Shown here: positions 1-9,574 of the stretch, one piece after another
How positions within the stretch are numbered: the stretch's first letter is position 1
Layout of the letters: the number at the start of each line of letters is the position of its first letter
Assembly (NCBI GenBank): GCA_963738545.1
Contig: CAVTXA010000004.1
Coordinates: 8,391 to 72,390, forward strand
DNA: 64,000 bases
Source: an uncultured Acidimicrobiaceae bacterium
GTDB taxonomy: Bacteria > Actinomycetota > Acidimicrobiia > Acidimicrobiales > RAAP-2
Reading direction: 5' to 3'
Program-made: the position numbers and the translations under genes
The notes under the pieces: model-generated
Database searches by the model: none
Seen by the model: the letters and a program-made list of their open reading frames with translations, nothing else
Told to the model about the DNA's origin: nothing

Positions 1-1
1 T

Positions 2-805
2 GGCATGGACCCCGAGTACACCGTGATCGGCCGGGTGGCCCGTCGCATCTGGGCCATCGCCATGAAGGAGCGCTACGGCGCCAACGAGCGCTCCCAGAAG
101 CTCAAGTACCACGTGCAGACCTCCGGACGTTCACTCCACGCCCAGGAGATGGCGTTCAACGACATCCGCACCACCCTGCAGGCCCTGTGCGCCATCTACG
201 ACAACGCCGGCAGCCTGCACACCAACGCCTACGACGAGGCGGTCACCACCCCGACCGAGGAGTCCGTCCGTCGGGCCCTGGCCATCCAGATGATCATCAC
301 CAAGGAGTGGGGCCTGGCCATGAACGAGAACCCCCTCCAGGGCAGCTTCATCGTGGAGGAGCTCACCGACCTCGTGGAGCAGGCGGTCCTGGCCGAGCTG
401 GACCGCATCAGCGAGCGCGGCGGCGTGCTCGGAGCCATGGAGACCGGCTACCAGCGGGGCCGGATCCAGGACGACTCGATGCTCTACGAGCACAAGAAGC
501 ACGACGGTAGCCTCCCGATCGTCGGCGTGAACACCTTCACCGCCCCGGCCCAGGACGGCCCCCACGCGCCCATGGAGCTGGCCCGGTCCACCGAAGAGGA
601 GAAGCAGCGCCAGCTCACCCGGCTCCGTGACTACCAGGGACGCCACGCCCTCGACCGGGGGACGGCCCTGGACTCCCTACGCCAGGTCGCCCTCGACGGG
701 GGCAACGTGTTCGCCGAGCTGATGACCACGGTGCGTCACGCCACGCTGGGCGAGATCACGAGCACGCTCTTCGAGGTGGGCGGGGCCTACCGCAGGAACG
801 TCTGA
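2..805 (+). CDS. B12-dependent acyl-CoA mutase family protein, C-terminal fragment (IcmF / isobutyryl-CoA or methylmalonyl-CoA mutase-like); 5' end lies outside the window
   Basis: The frame is open from the window edge. The sequence '[50 protein letters not shown]' matches the mutase substrate-barrel region. The C-terminal '[11 protein letters not shown]' resembles IcmF-type ends. Confidence 0.8.
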   Translation, partial: GMDPEYTVIGRVARRIWAIAMKERYGANERSQKLKYHVQTSGRSLHAQEMAFNDIRTTLQALCAIYDNAGSLHTNAYDEAVTTPTEESVRRALAIQMIITKEWGLAMNENPLQGSFIVEELTDLVEQAVLAELDRISERGGVLGAMETGYQRGRIQDDSMLYEHKKHDGSLPIVGVNTFTAPAQDGPHAPMELARSTEEEKQRQLTRLRDYQGRHALDRGTALDSLRQVALDGGNVFAELMTTVRHATLGEITSTLFEVGGAYRRNV

Positions 806-834
806 GTGCGCTCCGGCCGGCCGTGCCCTCCGAC

Positions 835-1635
835 TCACCCTTGACCGAGGGCGGCCTCGACGAGGGCCGACAACGTCGAGCGCGCCGTGGCCATCGACGG
901 TCCGTACCACGTGAGGTCCCGGCCGGACACCAGGGCGCTCGGAATCCCGGGGAAGGCCTCGGGCCCGTCGTCAGGGGCGAAGGGATAGGGCTCGTCGGGC
1001 AACAGGACCAGCTCGGCCCCGATACCCACCACGTCGGGCAGGTCGACCTTCGGGTACCGATCCGCACCGTCGAACACATGGGTCAGGCCCAGTCGGCCCA
1101 CCAGGTCGCCGGTGAACGTTCGCCCACCCACCACCATCCAGGGGTCCCGCCAGATCGGCACCACCACCCGCGCCGGGGTCAGGTCGGCCGGACGGCCCCA
1201 CTCCTCGGTGGCCGCCGACAGCCAGTCCGGCTCGTCAGCGCCGAGGACGTCGACGAGCAGTCTCCGCATGGTGGCCAGGGCCTGGTCGACCGACTCGATC
1301 ACCGTCACCCACACCGGGATGCCGGCAGCACGGAGCCGCTCGACGTCGATCCGACGGTTCTCCTCCCGGTTGACCACCACCAGGTCCGGGCGGAGTGCGT
1401 CGATGGCCGCGTGGTCGGGATTCTTCGTCCCGCGGACGCGGGGGACATCGAGGCCCACCGGATGGGTGCACCAGTCGGTCGCCCCCACGAGGCGGTCGGG
1501 CACCGTGGAGGCGATGGCCTCGGTGAGGGACGGGACCAGCGAAACCACCCGGACGGGGTGACCATCGAGGTCGAGGGGATGGCCAAGGTCGTCCTCGAGT
1601 GTCTCCACGTTCCTCCTGGGGCCCGTCGGGTCCAT
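835..1635 (-). CDS. BtuF-like periplasmic-binding-fold protein (cobalamin/iron-siderophore binding family), without an obvious signal peptide
   Basis: 'VRVVSLVPSLTEAI' and 'LRPDLVVV' are typical of class III substrate-binding proteins. I trimmed the 505-aa track ORF to the ATG at 1635 because its upstream part is antisense to the MarR gene. Confidence 0.65.
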   Translation of the reverse strand: MDPTGPRRNVETLEDDLGHPLDLDGHPVRVVSLVPSLTEAIASTVPDRLVGATDWCTHPVGLDVPRVRGTKNPDHAAIDALRPDLVVVNREENRRIDVERLRAAGIPVWVTVIESVDQALATMRRLLVDVLGADEPDWLSAATEEWGRPADLTPARVVVPIWRDPWMVVGGRTFTGDLVGRLGLTHVFDGADRYPKVDLPDVVGIGAELVLLPDEPYPFAPDDGPEAFPGIPSALVSGRDLTWYGPSMATARSTLSALVEAALGQG

Positions 1636-1671
1636 CCCTCGCTCACCTCCGGATCCGGATAGCGTCATCCG

Positions 1672-2181
1672 GTGGCCACCGAACCCCTCGAGTTCGACCC
1701 TATCGAAGAGGCGCGCCTCCAGTGGTCGGCCCGATGGCAGCCCGACGTCAGCGACGCCATGGCCGCCGCCACCTCGATCATGCGGGCCCAGCAGGTGGTG
1801 CTGGCCGCCGTGGACGGGGCCCTGCGCCCCTTCGGCCTGACCTTCGCCCGCTACGAGGGCCTGGTCCTTCTCCTCTACAGCCGACAGGGGGTGCTCCCCC
1901 TCGGCAAGATGGGGCAGCGCCTGATGATCCACCCCACCAGCGTCACCAACATCATCGACCGGCTGGAGCAACAGGGACTGGTCCGGCGACTCCCCCACCC
2001 GACCGACGGTCGGACCACCCTGGCCGAGATCACCGACGAGGGGCGCCGGCTGGCCCGGCAGGCCACCCGGGCGGTCAACGAGGTGGCCTTCGGTCTGGAC
2101 GGGCTCAGCCCGGGTGACCTCCGGCACCTGATGCGCATCATCAAGAAGCTGCGACTCGGGATCGGGGACTTCACCGAGTAG
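1672..2181 (+). CDS. MarR family transcriptional regulator
   Basis: Winged-HTH region 'LPLGKMGQRLMIHPTSVTNIIDRLEQQGLVRR..HPTDGRTTLAEITDEGR'. Divergent from the BtuF-like gene. Confidence 0.85.
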   Translation: MATEPLEFDPIEEARLQWSARWQPDVSDAMAAATSIMRAQQVVLAAVDGALRPFGLTFARYEGLVLLLYSRQGVLPLGKMGQRLMIHPTSVTNIIDRLEQQGLVRRLPHPTDGRTTLAEITDEGRRLARQATRAVNEVAFGLDGLSPGDLRHLMRIIKKLRLGIGDFTE

Positions 2182-2197
2182 TCCAAATGGCGGCGTC

Positions 2198-3439
2198 GTG
2201 GCCGCTAGCGTCGACGTCGACCGGAGACCGGACCAGCGCCGAGAGGAGCAGACCGTGGCCCTGCACGAGGATCCCGACATGGACGCCCAGCTGGCCCGCA
2301 CCCTCATCGGCACCCTGGTCGGGTCGGCCGACCTGGGTGAGGCGCTGGCCACGGCCCAACGCGTGGAGCCGGGCCGCTACGACCAGTGGTTCGACGAGTG
2401 GGCGGCCACGTCCGCACGCGCCGAGGAGGCGGCCGACCGGGCCGCCGACCGTGGTCATGGGGCGTTGGCCGGGCCCGGCTACCTGCGGGCGGCCGAGTAC
2501 CGGCGCCAGGCCTACTTCTTCCTGCGCCACGACCTCGGTGACCCGCGGGTGCAGTCGGCCTACCGCGGCCAGCGGGATCTCTTCCGACGGGCCCTCGGTC
2601 ACCTGGCGTGGCACGTCGAGGCGGTGTCGATCCCGTTCGATCCCGTCCCGCTCAACGGCTACCTCTTCCGACCCGAAGGAGACGATCCGACGCCCCGACC
2701 GACCGTGCTCTTCCCCGTGGGCTTCGACAGCACGTGCGAGGAGATGTACAAGTACGGCGTCCACGGTGCACTGGCCATGGGCTGGAACGCCCTGGCCTGG
2801 GACGGACCGGGTCAGGGCGGCCAGCTCATCGAGCACGGCGTGACCATGCGACCCGACTTCGAGGTGGTGGTCAACGCCGTGATGGAGTGGACCCTGCATC
2901 AGCGTGTGGTGGCCCCTGAGCGGGTGGCCATGGTCGGTCGGAGCCTGGGTGGCTACCTGGCCCCACGGGGGGCGAGCGCCGAGCCCCGCCTCCGCGCCCT
3001 GGTCTGCGATCCCGGCCAGTACGACTTCACGTCGCGGTTCGTCTCGATGTTCGCGGCCGAGGACTGGCAACGGGTCCTCGACGGCGATCCGGCCATGGAC
3101 GCCCAGCTGGAAGGGTTCCTGGGCGATGACCGCAGCCGTGAGTTCTACGGCGCCCGCATGGCGGCCATGGGGGCACCGACCTTCGGCGACTGGCTCCGGT
3201 TGCTGGTCACCTACACCCTCGAGGGCCGGGCCGAGCACATCGCCTGTCCGACCATGGTGACCGAGGGAGAGGGCGACTTCGCCAGTCAGAGCGGCAAGCT
3301 GTTCGACGCCCTGACCTGTCCCAAGCAGTTCCGCCAGTTCACCGTGGCCGAGGGTGCCGGAGGGCATTGTGAGGGGATGGGCCAGCGGCTGTGGCTCGAT
3401 GCGGTGTGCTCCTGGCTGTCCGACCAGCTGGACTCCTGA
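2198..3439 (+). CDS. alpha/beta hydrolase (dienelactone hydrolase / peptidase S9-like)
   Basis: Nucleophile elbow 'GRSLGG' (GxSxG). The overall size and layout fit an alpha/beta-fold hydrolase with an N-terminal cap. Confidence 0.7.
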   Translation: MAASVDVDRRPDQRREEQTVALHEDPDMDAQLARTLIGTLVGSADLGEALATAQRVEPGRYDQWFDEWAATSARAEEAADRAADRGHGALAGPGYLRAAEYRRQAYFFLRHDLGDPRVQSAYRGQRDLFRRALGHLAWHVEAVSIPFDPVPLNGYLFRPEGDDPTPRPTVLFPVGFDSTCEEMYKYGVHGALAMGWNALAWDGPGQGGQLIEHGVTMRPDFEVVVNAVMEWTLHQRVVAPERVAMVGRSLGGYLAPRGASAEPRLRALVCDPGQYDFTSRFVSMFAAEDWQRVLDGDPAMDAQLEGFLGDDRSREFYGARMAAMGAPTFGDWLRLLVTYTLEGRAEHIACPTMVTEGEGDFASQSGKLFDALTCPKQFRQFTVAEGAGGHCEGMGQRLWLDAVCSWLSDQLDS

Positions 3440-3472
3440 ACGGCCGGTCGCTCCCGAACGGCCGGTCGCTCC
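3437..3472. repeat. 18-bp tandem direct repeat, 2 copies (GAACGGCCGGTCGCTCC core) in a convergent intergenic gap
   Basis: Read directly: tgaacggccggtcgctcc / cgaacggccggtcgctcc, 17 of 18 identical. Confidence 0.85.
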
Positions 3473-3512
3473 TGAGCATCCGGACCACGGGGGCGGAGCC
3501 GGGTGGGAGCGC

Positions 3513-5072
3513 TCAGGGGGATCCCAGCTGGCTGCGGACCACCTTGCCGAGGGCGTTGCGGGGCAGTTCGTCGACCACGTGCACCAACCGGGGCCGCTTG
3601 TAGGGCGCCAGCGTCGACTGCGTGAACCGGGCCAGATCCTCGGCGGTGGGTGAGCGCCCGTCAGGGACGATCCAGGCCGTCACCACCTCGCCCCACTCGT
3701 CCGACGGCGTCCCCGTCACCGCCACCTCGGCCACCCCGGGGTGGGTGACCAGGACCTCTTCGACCTCGCCGGGATAGACATTGAATCCCCCCGAGATGAT
3801 CATCTCCTTGGTGCGCCCCCGGATGACCAGGTAGCCCTCCGAGTCCTCACCCACGTCACCGGTCCGGAACCACGGGAGGCCCCCGACGTCGGCATCGTCG
3901 GCCGCCACGAAGATCTCGGCGTTGGCCTCCGGTCGTTCCCAGTAGCCGTCGAACACGTTGGGCCCCCGGACCAGGATCTCATCGTCCCCGGCCAGGCGCA
4001 CCTCCACGCCGGGGAGGGGGAATCCCACCGTGCCGGCCCTTCGCTCACCCTCGTAGGGGTTGGACACGTTCATCAAGGTCTCGGTCATGCCGTAGCGCTC
4101 GAGGACCACGATGCCGCTGGCCGCCGTGACCGCTCGGTGCAGCTGGGCCGACAGGGGGGCGGAGCCGGACACGCACAACCGCTGGCCCGAGAGGCGTCCG
4201 ATCTGTCCGGACCCGACCAGCCGGTGGTACATGGTAGGCACCCCGAAGAAAAGCGTGGCGGCGTGGTCCTCGGCCGCCGCGGCCACTGCCCCGGGGTCGA
4301 ATCCCGGAAGGAGGACGGCCGATCCGCCGGCCAGGAGGGTGCCGTAGACGCCGACGGCCAGGCCGTGGGCGTGGAAGACGGGCAGGCAGTGGACCAGGCG
4401 GTCCTCGGCGGTCCAGCGCCATGCCGCCACCACCGCCTCCGTGGCCGCCAGCAGGTTCCGGTGGCGGAGCACGGCACCTTTGGGGACGCCCGTGGTACCC
4501 GAGGTGAAGCAGATCAACGCGGGATCGTCGGGCCCGACGGCATCCAGGGCTCCCGGGTCCCCGTCCGCCAGGTCCAGGTCGGGCCCGGTGACCACGACCG
4601 GGCCCGGGGCGGCCCGGCGCACCCACTCGGCCTGGTCGGCCCGGTCGACGATGGCGGCAGACGCACCGACGTCACCGACGATGTGGGCCAGCTCCCGCTC
4701 GGAGTAGGCGGTGTTGGCCGGCACGACCACCAACCCGGCCCGGAGGGCCCCGACGTGGGCCACGAGGGACGCCACCGACGACGGCGTGGACCACACCACC
4801 CGGTCCCCCACCTCGAGACCGGCGGCACGGAAGCGACCGGCCGCTCGGCGGGTGGCGGCGTCGAACGCACCGGCGGTCCACCACCGACCCGGAGGAGAGC
4901 CCGCATCCGACGGGTCCGTCTCCACGACGTGTGGCTCCAACCACAAGAGGGCGCCGGGCTCCTCGTTCCAGCGTCGGGACCAGGCCGCTACCAACGTGCC
5001 CCGGGACGAGAGGTCGGCCACGGCCATGGCCCGACCGCGCGCCAGATGATCACTCCACGGGCGGATGGTCAC
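3513..5072 (-). CDS. AMP-dependent acyl-CoA synthetase/ligase (malonyl-CoA synthetase-like size)
   Basis: AMP-binding motif 'FTSGTTGVPKGAV', 'TGD' motif 'FRTGDVG', and C-terminal 'PRNALGKV'. Confidence 0.85.
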   Translation of the reverse strand: MTIRPWSDHLARGRAMAVADLSSRGTLVAAWSRRWNEEPGALLWLEPHVVETDPSDAGSPPGRWWTAGAFDAATRRAAGRFRAAGLEVGDRVVWSTPSSVASLVAHVGALRAGLVVVPANTAYSERELAHIVGDVGASAAIVDRADQAEWVRRAAPGPVVVTGPDLDLADGDPGALDAVGPDDPALICFTSGTTGVPKGAVLRHRNLLAATEAVVAAWRWTAEDRLVHCLPVFHAHGLAVGVYGTLLAGGSAVLLPGFDPGAVAAAAEDHAATLFFGVPTMYHRLVGSGQIGRLSGQRLCVSGSAPLSAQLHRAVTAASGIVVLERYGMTETLMNVSNPYEGERRAGTVGFPLPGVEVRLAGDDEILVRGPNVFDGYWERPEANAEIFVAADDADVGGLPWFRTGDVGEDSEGYLVIRGRTKEMIISGGFNVYPGEVEEVLVTHPGVAEVAVTGTPSDEWGEVVTAWIVPDGRSPTAEDLARFTQSTLAPYKRPRLVHVVDELPRNALGKVVRSQLGSP

Positions 5073-5129
5073 GATCCGGTCATGCCCTCACCACCATCCA
5101 GCCGACCGTAGTGCGAGGGCCGGTGGCGC

Positions 5130-7487
5130 TCATCCCCCGTTGGCCGCGGCCACGTAGGCCCTACAGGGCTGGCCCCGCAGCGATGGACATGCCGGTTGGG
5201 CGTCGGGCGGGGTGACCCTCTTCACCACCGAGAGGACAAGGGCGGACGGATGGGCGCCTCCGAGACCCACGGTGTCGGTGACCGCACCACCCGTCGAATA
5301 GGTGGCGAACTGCCAGGCCGGCCGGTCACCCCCCGGAGCGGTGACGGACACCCGGATCCGCGAGCCGGTCCGGAAGGCGTAGGCGAACGGTTCGATGGGG
5401 ATTCGGACCTCGGTGAACCGCCCACTCGGGAGCGGGGAGGCGGTGGCCCGGGCGTAGGTGGGGACGGGGTCGGTGGCCGTCGACGCCGAGCGGTCGAGGG
5501 CGCGATCACTGGCCCGTAGCTCGCCGGTCTGGACGAACAGCTCCTGGCCGTTCGGCCGTACCTCCGAGATGGTGGCCTGCAGGTCGGTATCGGCCGCCGT
5601 GCTCTCCACCCACAGGTCGAGACTGGCCGGACCGACGGCCACCACGTCCCCGGTCAGGGGGGTCGAGATGAAGCCGAGGCCGTGCGATCCGGTGGCGGGG
5701 ACCCACTGATACGGCGGGAGGGCCGCCCAGGGGTTGCCGGTGGGGAGGTCGTCGGCCGGTCGGGCCGAGGGGTCCGGCCGGAACGCCACCGTGGCCGACG
5801 GGACCGGCCTGGCGGAGCCCGGGGTGAGCGACGTGGCCGTGAGTGATCCCCCCGGTCCGAGACCGAAGGTGGCCGGCCGGGCCTGTGGTGGCGGCCAGGA
5901 GGTGTAGTCCTGGCTCCACACCGGTTGCATGGCCCCGGGTCCGGCACTCCCGCCGCCGTTGTCGAACAGGACCCGTACCCGGGGCTGTGCCTGGAAGGCG
6001 GCCCGGGCGGCGGCGAGGGTGGGCTCGTCGGTGTAGGCCACCGGGGCAACAGGGCCGGACGGGGCCCCGACCACCTGGGAGTAGAGCGCCGGGGCCAACG
6101 AGGTAAGGGTCGCCGAGGGGGTGGGCACCTTGTCGGCCACGTAGAGGTCCAAGAACTCGAGCCAGCGGGTGATGGTGCCCGGGCCCAGGGAGTCGATGTG
6201 GGTCCCGTTGGTGATGGTGGCCCACACCCGTGGGTCGTGGGAGAGATCCTTGATGATGGCCGGCCACTGGCCCCCGGTCTGCTCGTCCTGGAAGGCACCG
6301 GACACGAACACGGGGACGTCGGCCCGCCGGGCCCAGGTGGCCGGGGCCCGTTGCACGTAGAGGGAAGGCACGTAGTGGGCGGCCTGGCTCAACAGGGTCT
6401 GGATGTTCTGGGCCTGCCCGTGCAGGGCCTGGTCGGCCAGGCACCTGGTGTCCCCCTGGCTGATCAGGGCCTTGGCGTACGCCTGGCCGCCGGCCGGGGC
6501 CACCTCGGCGTCGGACTGGCGCTGCGCCAGCCAGGAGCCGGCGAATCCGCTGTTGAACATGCCACCGGGGAAGCCGGTGGAGTAGAGATCGTCGGTGAGG
6601 CTCATGGGGGCGATGGCCGCCAGGCCCGGGGGCCGGGTCCCGGCCACGAACATCTGGGAGATCCCCGAAAAGGAGATGCCCACCATCCCCACCTTGTGAT
6701 TGGCCACCCACGGCTGGGCCGCGGCGATCTGCACGGCGTCGTACCCGTCGTAGGTGGTGGGCAGGTCGAACAGGTCGAAGGCCCCGCCGGAGCAGCCCGT
6801 CCCCCGCATCTGGAGGCTGATGGTGGCGAAGCCGAGCAGCGGCGCCACCAGTGAGCCCACCACGGTGGCGGAGTCGGGGACGAGGGGGTCCGAGGTGGAC
6901 GCTCCGTTCAGGTGGAGCTCGGCGTCGATCAGGCTGTGCGGCGCGGCGATGGCATAGCCCGACTCCTCGATCACCGTGGGGAACGGACCGTCGGCCAGGG
7001 TCTTCCCCGGTGGGAGGCGCACCGTGGCCGCCAGGGACACGCCGTCACGCATGGTGATGTAGTTCAGTCCCACCTCCAGGTGCTGGGCGCGGTAGAACGA
7101 CTCGGGCGGTGTGTCGCCGGTGGAGAGGACGCGGAACCCTCCCGTGGACGCCGTCGTGCTGCCGTCGGTGGTGCGGAACCGGTACCCGCTGCCGGGCGCC
7201 ACGCCGCGGATGATCAGGCTGCCCTGGGCGTCGACCCGTCCCCGGCCCACGCGCCGGCCGGAGGCGTCGACCAGGGTCGCCTGGGCACCGGGCACACCGC
7301 CGAGCAGATACGCCTGGCCGATCGAGCCGTGACCGCTCTCGGAGCCGGCGGTGGCGTCGGTCGTGACGGCGGGCGACGGAGCTGGCGGATGGGGAGCCGC
7401 GGCCCCGGCCGGATCGGTCCCCACCGCCGACGGAGCGGCCAGCACGGTGGCCAGGGCTACCACCAGCAGCCATTTCCTTCGGCCCAT
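5130..7487 (-). CDS. secreted CocE/NonD-family hydrolase (peptidase S15-like)
   Basis: Signal peptide 'MGRRKWLLVVALATVLAAPSAVG' and GxSxxG nucleophile 'GISFSG'. The large C-terminal beta domain is typical of the family. Start moved to the ATG at 7487; the longer ORF overlaps the neighbouring gene. Confidence 0.75.
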   Translation of the reverse strand: MGRRKWLLVVALATVLAAPSAVGTDPAGAAAPHPPAPSPAVTTDATAGSESGHGSIGQAYLLGGVPGAQATLVDASGRRVGRGRVDAQGSLIIRGVAPGSGYRFRTTDGSTTASTGGFRVLSTGDTPPESFYRAQHLEVGLNYITMRDGVSLAATVRLPPGKTLADGPFPTVIEESGYAIAAPHSLIDAELHLNGASTSDPLVPDSATVVGSLVAPLLGFATISLQMRGTGCSGGAFDLFDLPTTYDGYDAVQIAAAQPWVANHKVGMVGISFSGISQMFVAGTRPPGLAAIAPMSLTDDLYSTGFPGGMFNSGFAGSWLAQRQSDAEVAPAGGQAYAKALISQGDTRCLADQALHGQAQNIQTLLSQAAHYVPSLYVQRAPATWARRADVPVFVSGAFQDEQTGGQWPAIIKDLSHDPRVWATITNGTHIDSLGPGTITRWLEFLDLYVADKVPTPSATLTSLAPALYSQVVGAPSGPVAPVAYTDEPTLAAARAAFQAQPRVRVLFDNGGGSAGPGAMQPVWSQDYTSWPPPQARPATFGLGPGGSLTATSLTPGSARPVPSATVAFRPDPSARPADDLPTGNPWAALPPYQWVPATGSHGLGFISTPLTGDVVAVGPASLDLWVESTAADTDLQATISEVRPNGQELFVQTGELRASDRALDRSASTATDPVPTYARATASPLPSGRFTEVRIPIEPFAYAFRTGSRIRVSVTAPGGDRPAWQFATYSTGGAVTDTVGLGGAHPSALVLSVVKRVTPPDAQPACPSLRGQPCRAYVAAANGG

Positions 7488-7605
7488 CGGCACGTCCCCC
7501 TTGACGGTTGTCGGACCCCGCTCCTCCGACCGGTCTCCTGACCGCAGGCGGCCATGGTAGACGCGGCTCGTCACGGCCGAGGCGGTGGGCGCGCCGTCCT
7601 CGGGC

Positions 7606-9276
7606 CTACCGGCGCCGCCTCGGCGCACTCCGGCGGTTGAGTCGGGCGAACGTCCCGCGTTGCGCACGGTAGAGATCCGGGAAGGCGTTGAAGAGGTGAT
7701 CGTAGGTGGCCCGGCGGCCCGGATCCGGTCGGAACACGGTGTCCACGGGCACCAGCGCCGCCACCTCGGACGGCAGCACGGCCCCGAGGGCCATGGCGGC
7801 GATGAGGGCGGCGCCCCGCAGATTGGCCAGCACCGGTTGGCCGACCCGCTCGATGGTCCTGTCCATCACGTCGGCGTGGATCTGGCACCACAGGTCCGAC
7901 TGGGCCCCACCCCCGACCATCCGGAGAGGGTCGAGCCGTCGCTTGGCGAAGCGTTCGACCGCCTCGTGTAGCCACCGGTTGTTGAACGCCACACCCTCCA
8001 GGACCGCCCGCACCAGGTCGGCCCGGGCGACGGTGAGGGAGAGGTTGTGGAAGCCGGCGCGGGCGTGGCGGTCCTCCACCGGTGACCGCTCGCCGCGCAG
8101 CCACGGCGTGAAGATCACGCCCGACGAGCCCGGCCGGGCCTCCGCGGCCAGGGCGAGCGCCCGGCCGAAGTCGGGACGACCGTCGGCATCGAGGAGTCCC
8201 GGCACCACGCCGCACACCCAGTCGAGGCAGGCCCCACCGGTTTCGTGGTTGTCGGCGATCATGTACCCGCCGCCGCCCAGGCCCGGAACGCTGGCCACCT
8301 GGTGGAAGGCGTCGGTCTTCTTGAACGGCACCGGCGCCCCGATCCACGCGCTGGTGCTCACGGCCAGATGGGCCTGGTAGTCGAGTACGGCCCCCGCACC
8401 GCAGGCCGCCGAGTGGAGATCCGGCGTGCCGGCCACGACCGGCACGCCGGCCGGGAGGCCGAGCTCACGGGCCACCTCGGGACGGACGGTGCCGATGACG
8501 CTGCCGGTGCGATGGAGTGGCGGGAGTCGGGCGGGGTCGACACCGGAGCGGCCCACCAGCACCGGGTCGTAGTCGAGGACGTCGAGGCGGCGGTTGTCGG
8601 TGAGCCAGGCCCCGGCCATGGAGGCGTACGATGCCGCCGCCGCTCCCGTGAAGCACATGGACAGGTAGTCGACCGGCTCGAGGAACCACCTGGCAGCCCG
8701 GACAGGACGCGCCCCGGCAGAAGCCGGTGAGCCCGGAGCGGGATCCGGGGCCCCGGATGATCCCGCGGCCTCCGCCGCCTGCAGGTAGAGGATGTGCCCG
8801 ATGGGGTCGGCTCCCGAGGGGGAAGGGGCACCACCTGACCGCCGGATCCACGAGAGGGTGGTCACCGGCGCGTACCCGGCCGCCGGTCCGGCGATGACCG
8901 CACGGGAATAGGGCCTCCCCCGGGTGTCCATCCACAGGAGACACGGGCCTACGGGCTCGCCCGCGGCGTCGACGGGCACGGTGCTGGCCCACTGCCCGGT
9001 GACGCTGACCGCCAGCACCTGATCGGGCCGCACGACGCCTGAGCCCAGCCCCCGTCTCACCCCCTGACAGACCAGCGTCCACCACCGGGAGGCATCCTGG
9101 GTGGCGGCGTCGCCGTCCACCCGGGTGGCGAGGGATGCCTGCTCATGCCAGGCGATGACCCCGGTCATCGAGACCAGGCCGACCTTGAGCCCGCTGGTGC
9201 CCAGGTCAACCGCCAGAACGAACCTCTGATCCGCCGCTAGCTCCTGACCTGGGGCGTTCCACACGACGGCGTTCAT
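7606..9276 (-). CDS. FGGY-family carbohydrate kinase (xylulokinase-like)
   Basis: N-terminal 'LAVDLGTSGLKVGLV' and C-terminal 'GGGAQSDLWCQIHADV' are FGGY signatures. Confidence 0.8.
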   Translation of the reverse strand: MNAVVWNAPGQELAADQRFVLAVDLGTSGLKVGLVSMTGVIAWHEQASLATRVDGDAATQDASRWWTLVCQGVRRGLGSGVVRPDQVLAVSVTGQWASTVPVDAAGEPVGPCLLWMDTRGRPYSRAVIAGPAAGYAPVTTLSWIRRSGGAPSPSGADPIGHILYLQAAEAAGSSGAPDPAPGSPASAGARPVRAARWFLEPVDYLSMCFTGAAAASYASMAGAWLTDNRRLDVLDYDPVLVGRSGVDPARLPPLHRTGSVIGTVRPEVARELGLPAGVPVVAGTPDLHSAACGAGAVLDYQAHLAVSTSAWIGAPVPFKKTDAFHQVASVPGLGGGGYMIADNHETGGACLDWVCGVVPGLLDADGRPDFGRALALAAEARPGSSGVIFTPWLRGERSPVEDRHARAGFHNLSLTVARADLVRAVLEGVAFNNRWLHEAVERFAKRRLDPLRMVGGGAQSDLWCQIHADVMDRTIERVGQPVLANLRGAALIAAMALGAVLPSEVAALVPVDTVFRPDPGRRATYDHLFNAFPDLYRAQRGTFARLNRRSAPRRRR

Positions 9277-9574
9277 CGACCGAACGCTAACCGTCCCTCC
9301 ACTTCCGCCACCGGGGTCCCGGTGAGGAGCGGCGCCCGGATCGGGACCGTTGCCTTAACTGCGTTCTGTGCCATACCATGCTGAGTGGGCGCTCTCAGTG
9401 GCTGAGTGGTCACTTCGCGAGAGATCGTCCGCGTTTCAGTCAGCAATTCCATAGTGCAAGCGATCCGGCAGGGGCAGGGCTGCTTTCCATGCAAACCGTT
9501 CTCGTAGTGACAGGTTCTCGGTCCGCGATGGCCCGCGCCGCGGCCGCCCTCCTTCCCGGTCCGGCGGTGCGGCC

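Noticed and set aside
9273-9494. A 73-aa ORF in the AT-richer region between the FGGY kinase and the LAL regulator. The region also has short repeated GCTGAGTGG elements.
   Set aside because: There is no ribosome-binding site, the composition is not protein-like, and I know of no conservation. The region is more plausibly promoter/leader DNA. I could not support an sRNA call.
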